From NCBI RefSeq assembly GCF_001194135.2, contig NC_068989.1, positions 17,461,747-17,496,221 on the forward strand: a stretch of 34,475 bases of DNA. Reading direction: 5' to 3'. The stretch comes from Octopus bimaculoides. Lineage: Eukaryota. Shown here piece by piece: positions 34,205 to 34,475 of the stretch. The first letter of the stretch is position 1. Each line of letters opens with the position of its first letter. The notes beneath the pieces are model-generated. The model was not told the origin of the DNA. It made no database searches and was given only the letters and a program-made list of their open reading frames with translations. A program made the position numbers and the translations under genes.

Positions 34205-34475
34205 TCATCATCATCATCATCATCGTTTAACGTCCGCTTTCCATGCTAGCATGGGTTGGACGATTTGACTGAGGACTGGTGAAACCGGATGGCAACACCA
34301 GGCTCCAGTCTGATTTGGCAGAGTTTCTACAGCTGGATGCCCTTCCTAACGCCAACCACTCAGAGAGTGTAGTGGGTGCTTTTACGTGTCACCCGCACGA
34401 AAACGGCCACGCTCGAAATGGTGTCTTTTATGTGCCACCCGCACAAGCCAGTCCAGGGGCACTGGCAACGATCTC
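34205..34475 (-). mobile_element. (GAT)n-tailed family copy, runs off window
   Basis: Near-identical to 19391-19660. Confidence 0.85.

Noticed and set aside
28152-34475. Next kinesin exon (IAALSPA..ETLSTLRYA)
   Set aside because: No matching sequence found by eye, so it presumably lies beyond the window; this is not evidence of truncation.

Overview
AT-rich eukaryotic genomic DNA with microsatellites and four N-gaps. The repeat content resembles octopus (coleoid cephalopod) DNA; this is recognition, not a database match. The window is mostly intron of one + strand gene. Eight GT-AG exons (6613-28151) splice in frame to 954 nt / 318 aa of a kinesin-3 motor domain most like KIF28P/KLP-6. The first coding exon and everything after 'KTIM' were not found. 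Almost all other listed ORFs are repeat-derived or gap artefacts. The introns hold several tRNA-derived SINE families, RTE and R4/Dong-like LINE remnants, a Penelope-like endonuclease remnant, a solo LTR, hAT MITEs and two foldback MITEs carrying telomeric repeats. The most notable feature is at 30793-31254: about 1.3 tandem copies of a 358-bp unit inside (TA)n, containing a fully foldable minus-strand type I hammerhead ribozyme with a compensatory U3-A8 core and palindromic stem III, i.e. a candidate non-LTR retrozyme. The kinesin also has non-conservative changes at two normally conserved microtubule-binding arginines.
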